Source of the DNA: Styela clava
Lineage: Eukaryota
Direction: 5' to 3'
Length of the DNA stretch: 64,000 bases
Assembly: GCF_964204865.1 (NCBI RefSeq)
Contig: NC_135251.1
Span: 24,800,001 to 24,864,000, forward strand
Shown here: one piece after another, positions 38,580 to 64,000 of the stretch
Numbering within the stretch: position 1 is the first letter of the stretch
Layout of the letters: each line of letters begins with the position of its first letter
Translations under genes and position numbers: made by a program
The notes under the pieces: generated by a model
Databases searched by the model: none
What the model saw: only the letters and a program-made list of their open reading frames with translations
What the model was told of the DNA's origin: nothing

Positions 38580-39167
38580 TTGTTGCTACGCACAAAAACA
38601 AATATATTTCCGCAACATTTCGTCTTACTCTGAACATAGTCGGACTTCCTCAAACAAACATAATCCAATTATGGATTGTTGACAACTATGGTAGTTGGTC
38701 CAACGTAAATCCGATTCAATAAATTATGGAGATAAATAAATCTGTTCCGAAATGCGTTTTTTGGATACGAGCTGAACTATGGATTGTTTGCTAAATCGTG
38801 AAATATCGCCTTTTTCGGTAACTAATGGACAGATCGATTACACATTCTCAGTTCTTATAAGCGGAAGAAGTCACGAGGAGGCTTTTATTATCATATTTTT
38901 TTCTCCTAAATTTTCGCGGCCGAATATTTAACCTCAAACTTCCCTGCTTCTCGTAACTCACGAACTATCTCTATATGACACTAGGTAATGTCCTTCAATT
39001 AATACATCTGGTGAAAATTCTGATGGCATTGCGGTGGCCGCATTAACTATTTTACCTTCACGTTCATATAAATTTGAAGTCAGCTCACTTGTGTCGCTTA
39101 ACACAAAAAACGATGATTGGCCACTTTTTCGTATCAACTGAACCTCACGATTGGCATCGAAGACCAC
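38580..39167 (-). pseudogene. Decayed coding fragment, possibly receptor-L-domain or LRR-like
   Basis: …VLIEGHYLVSY… and …DLANNP*FSSY…LHNLLNRIYVGPTTIVVNNP*LDYVC…; both stops follow NNP and are one C>T change from Gln. Confidence 0.3.
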
Positions 39168-40659
39168 AAATCACAGGATTCAATTTCACCCTGTGAGGAG
39201 GTGGTGCAAGGGAGGGCGTGTACCTCCTCAAGTCGAAGGAATCTAATTTGTCCGGTTAACTGTACCCACAAGTTTACCCCAGTTTAAAAAAATGTAATAA
39301 AACAGAAGAAAAATAGCATCAAGGTAGAGGATTAAGTAAAAAACTCTATTAAACACACGTTTGGCATTAAATCAATATATTTACTTTCAATCTGTTGCTA
39401 AGGCCTTTAAAAAAAAGGGGACATCAATAGATAGAACATAAACGAAAATGAAGGAGTTTCAAACAAACCCTAAATTGCTAAAAAGTACGAAATCAATATG
39501 GATTTCAAATAATTATTCAAAATTTCTGCTTCTACTGTAGAAAGTCACAGAAAAAATATAAACGCTTGTCAGAGAATTAAGTTTTTCACACAAGGGCCTG
39601 ACAATGATCAGCTAGGGACTTTTATTAAATTGTCAAATTGGTAGTTGAACATTTTAAATGTGCGACTTTTGGTATGCGATTTCACTTGCTAGCAATCACC
39701 TACCAAAGTGACATGCTCAATCTTATAACTTATACATTTTTTATAGAATTCAGTTCCCAACCCTAACTAAAATCACCGAGATCACAAAACCACTGAGATC
39801 GTATACCAAAGTAGCATGTATTTTAACATCCTGGGCATGCATGACAAATGAGTAAAAAACTTTTTTTGTCCTACAATGAATAATCATTTTTGAATTTTCT
39901 GTACCAATCGCTTGCTTAGACCAGCTGATACTGATAATCTTGAACACAAAGTAGTCGATTGCATACATAAATTCACAGTGAAAAAATAAGGCAATAGTGA
40001 ACACTTCAATACCTACTCAAAACAAGAAAGAAACAGTTCTATAAAAGCTGATAGTCAGGCTGGGTTAAATTTTAAAAATGAAAGAAAACTATCGCATACA
40101 GAGATCAACATGTGAGGAGGTTAACAGGCACCTATGAATTAAATTACAATACACAGCTTGTGTTTTGAGGTTTTTTACTGCTTGGAGGTGGTTGCGTCCA
40201 TATAAAATACAGCATATGCGACCTCATTTACCATACTTAAATCAGTGAAATATAATACAGATTATCAACACATAACCTGCAATAATGATTTTAATTAATC
40301 TAATGATTAAATATTCATAAAATAACATACTTATAAAATTAGCCTTGGCAGATGATACTAGTATAATAATAAGCAACAGTTGCTCAAAAACAATAGTGTT
40401 ATTGGTGTATCGTTAGTTTTCCACAATTCAAAACATATTAATCAGCTAGTTAGGAATATCAACTTGAAGAACACCACATCATTTTGTGTAAGACATCGGA
40501 TACATATGTGCCACACATGACAAGATTTGTTTACCACTATGGCTGTGATCAAAAGTACTGCAGGCATTCTTTATTGATGAACAAACAATATCATTCTCAA
40601 AATACAGTAATATCATTTCAATTTGATTAGTAAGTAAAATTGAAAAAAGAAAACGTTTA

Positions 40660-42725
40660 TCAAGAACAAGATGTGCTATTATATGTTCTAGTTTCAGACA
40701 CATATACAGCCAAACTTAGACCATTTATTACACCACTTACAAACTGGCAAAGTGCTATTGTTAAAAATGCATAGCAGTGGGAAACAAATATTCCTTCCTT
40801 AGAGCGAAGAGAAGTTATTTCAGAAACAAAAGTTGAAACGGTTGTGAGACAAGCACAAAAACCACTTTGCAGTGCCCTGAAAAATGCTTTCCATGGACAC
40901 CACATATTTGTCCAAACAAGAATGACATTCAAAAATGCCATAACAGTGGCTCCTATAAAATTCGCCAAAAATGTCCCAATAGGCATTCGTTTCAAAAAAC
41001 CATATTTCAGGCAAGGTCTCGTATTCACATTAAGTTTTGACAAAATAAACCTTAATGTTGCACCAAAAGGTGCTAATACGCCACAAAGACATGTATATAT
41101 AATATTCTGGTGGTGTGAGTAAACAATAGCTAATACTGATAAAGTTATCCATGATATTATAAAAAAGGGAATAGATATGTAAATAATGGATTTTGAAACT
41201 TTAATACTCCGTCGTTGCCTTGAAAAATCTGTGCCATCTGTTACGCAAACCACTTTTCGAATTTCAAGTGATAAGTCATGACCAAATATGAATGAACAAA
41301 TTGGTGCAGCGATGCCTAGAATGATAGCAGCAAATGCAGTGAAATATGGATTCCCAATTGTTATCGCTTGTCCCACTATCATTTCAGATACTTGTTGATT
41401 AAACTTTGAAAATGTTGTGATCGATCCACATAGACCTGTATTGATAAATAAAAGTCAAGAGGATTACAATAATTAAAGTAAATCTGACAAAAAATAATTT
41501 TATCTTATGTATGAGAAAATTTTTGCAAACACACAAAAATTTTTAATTCAGAGTTGAATAAAAGAGTATGGAATTCTGAAATCAAGATGATGAAATAATT
41601 GTTTATGAAAATTTTAATAAAGCAACTGCTAATAAAGCTCATTTCGACTATAATAAAGCATTTCCCAGCAACAGATGAAAGGTAAATAATAATAAACAGA
41701 AGCAAACATCGAAACCACTTTGACTTGGAACTCAAAAAAACTGAGGCTAAGGTAAGCAAAGTTTATCAAACATCAACACTAAAGTCACAGAGATAGAGAA
41801 TACTTTAATTTGCAGCCCTAATTAATTTTTTGAAACAGTGGAAATGTAAGTCAACTACCTCTTAAAGACCAGAATATTCTATTTTTGCTATTAGTTTTTG
41901 ACACCATGCTGGGATCATTATGGTTTATTAACTAGAATTTATAATACCAACAAGAATATTCCTAAATATGAGTGGGTGCTTGATTAATGCCTTGTTATGA
42001 GAGCTGTGAGAGGACCTTACAATAAAACAGTTTATAATGCGGGTCAAAGTCTAAAAAACTAACATAAAAAATAAAAATAGTTGTGTTGAAATAAAAAGGT
42101 CAAATAGAATATTTGGGAACAGAGGGTACCAACATTTGGGCAAATTAGCAAACTTGAATATTAATACATTTGTTCACTATTACCTAATGTGAAGCATCTG
42201 GCACTTGAGCTACCATTGTATCATCACAAAATCTAATATTAGTAAATAATCTGAGTAACTCTGTGAATGGCAAATTGAACAGCATGGAACGATAGGCCTG
42301 ACATAAGGCTCTGTACAAGGAAACTGATTGCTGAATTGTTTTTTTATAATTTTATAAACATTGTATTTTCATAACTGCATACCTGTTGATAATCCAGTGT
42401 AAATTGGCAACATTCCAGACATGTTCTTGAGTGTTGAAGCAGTGAGTAATCCCAATATAAAACTCCCAATCATGTTCGCGAAAAAAGATTGAAATATTAT
42501 GGAGTTAGGACTTTCAATTTGCATGTACGTATTCGAACTAAGTCCATAATCCACACCGACTCTGATTATACAGCCGACAATGGAAAATGTCGCAACACTC
42601 AGATAAGAATATAATGACGTTTTCAAGTCCGCATTAGATATGTGTGACGAGGAACGTAACCTAGAGGTTGCTATAATATCGGCATTCTGGAGCTCGATTG
42701 CATCAATTTTTCCGATCGGATCCAT
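40660..42725 (-). CDS. FEX: Fluoride export protein FEX (two fused CrcB/Fluc domains), about 372 aa, 2 exons
   Basis: Exons 42725-42383 and 41435-40660 (1119 nt, phase 1). Domain 1: G..IR, FFANMIGSFILG, GLSTGLCGSITTFSKF. Domain 2: APFGATLR..LS, PIGTFLANFIG, GFCACLTTVSTF. Confidence 0.92.
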
Positions 42726-43771
42726 TCCACTTTCATATTCTCAAATTCTCACTCAGCCAAAGGTCTGCGCCGAGTGAGTCGGTCATCACACTGGTCTGCT
42801 AGTTGAGGCGTTTGCCAGCAAGCAAAGCGCGTACAGTACCGCATACCGTATTTACTTTGCCAGGAGATTACTCAGATCCACCTTTTAGGAAAAATAACTA
42901 CTGTATACTGCTTCAACCTAGTACAGTAGTATATATTTACGCTTCAACAACAATGTCAACAAGACGTTGTTTATATTTTTTTGTATTGGATTTTTATAAA
43001 ATAAAACAATATTGTAATAAACAATATTAACCGATATGCACAAAACTAATTTATCATAATCGGTATGTTAGTCGTTGATCATAATTTATAATATTGCAAG
43101 TAGACCGAATGGTCATTTCGCGGTTATCCCGTCATTCTGTACGAATATTTTTTCATTTTTCTTGTTTTCATTTTGTTATATTTTATCGGAATGACAAATA
43201 AAAAACGATTTGATTTGATTGCAAAAAACATAATTAATCAATACAAATACAGGATTAAAAAGTAATTTATCATAATGAACAACTTTTTTGTTGCTTTTTA
43301 TAGGACCGACCCCTCGTCCATTGCAGTTCAAATATTGTACTTTTTTCTTTCAATGAATTTATTCAATTTTAACATTTGTTTAAATGTAGTATGTTTTTGC
43401 ACGACGAAAAATAAATATCTGAATCTGAATCTTAGTCTAGTTAGGCTCAGGTTAGGCTTATTATGCAGCGTCAGCTTGTGGCTGCAAAGTGATAGATTCG
43501 TTCTTTACTATCCCATTTCAGCATTTGGTGTTGTTTGAGAGCGACAAAGTGACTCTAATCACTTTGGAGAGCGAGGTAGGCGATGTATGATTCGCCTAGT
43601 TAAGCGTACGTCTGCGCACGGGTTTTGACTCCGGCTTTGATATCTGTATTTACATCAGGACTCTTGAATCGCATAGATAAGATAATACAAATTGTTGTTG
43701 TAGATCCTGATATAATTCTGTACGGTAATGTTTTGTTAATCTGTAGTCGCGTAATACAGTAATATCTCATT
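42726..43771. promoter_or_regulatory. Divergent intergenic/promoter region shared by FEX and HEATR5
   Basis: The start codons face away from each other about 1.05 kb apart. Promoter function is inferred. Confidence 0.5.
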
Positions 43772-63848
<20,077 letters not shown>

Positions 63849-64000
63849 GTATGTTATGTTTATTCGCATATCACATTACTTTTTGCTTATTTGACTCCAT
63901 TTTTTTTTGTTTTTGCCATTGGCTTGTGATAAATGACAAATCATGACGAGAGTATAAAATTAAAAACATTGCTTTTGTTGTGTAGTATTAGTATCTGAAA

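Overview
AT-rich, intron-containing animal genomic DNA. The compact introns, vertebrate-like HEATR5/AMDHD1 proteins and a FEX gene suggest an invertebrate chordate such as an ascidian (inference only). Spliced genes assembled by hand, in order: the 3' end of AMDHD1 (imidazolonepropionase, +); an ENPP7-like phosphodiesterase (+); a nearly intronless SCARB2/LIMP-2-like CD36-family gene (+); a 10-exon SH2 plus tyrosine pseudokinase gene with no SH3 (+); a two-exon tandem-CrcB fluoride exporter FEX (-); and, head-to-head with it, HEATR5B-like (+, runs off the window). Between about 11.5 and 24.7 kb lies a triplicated accessory block. It carries two intact, intronless, 83%-identical 330-aa orphan ORFs and one truncated copy, among decayed intronless ORFs on both strands and a hAT transposase remnant, and looks like a domesticated piece of a virus-like or large mobile element. 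Introns and spacers hold many MITEs: a Merlin-like family (GG termini, 8-bp TSD, telomere-like motif), Charlie/hAT-type elements, Helentron-type HINEs and SINE-like repeats. All calls come from reading the sequence and from memory of protein families; no searches were run.
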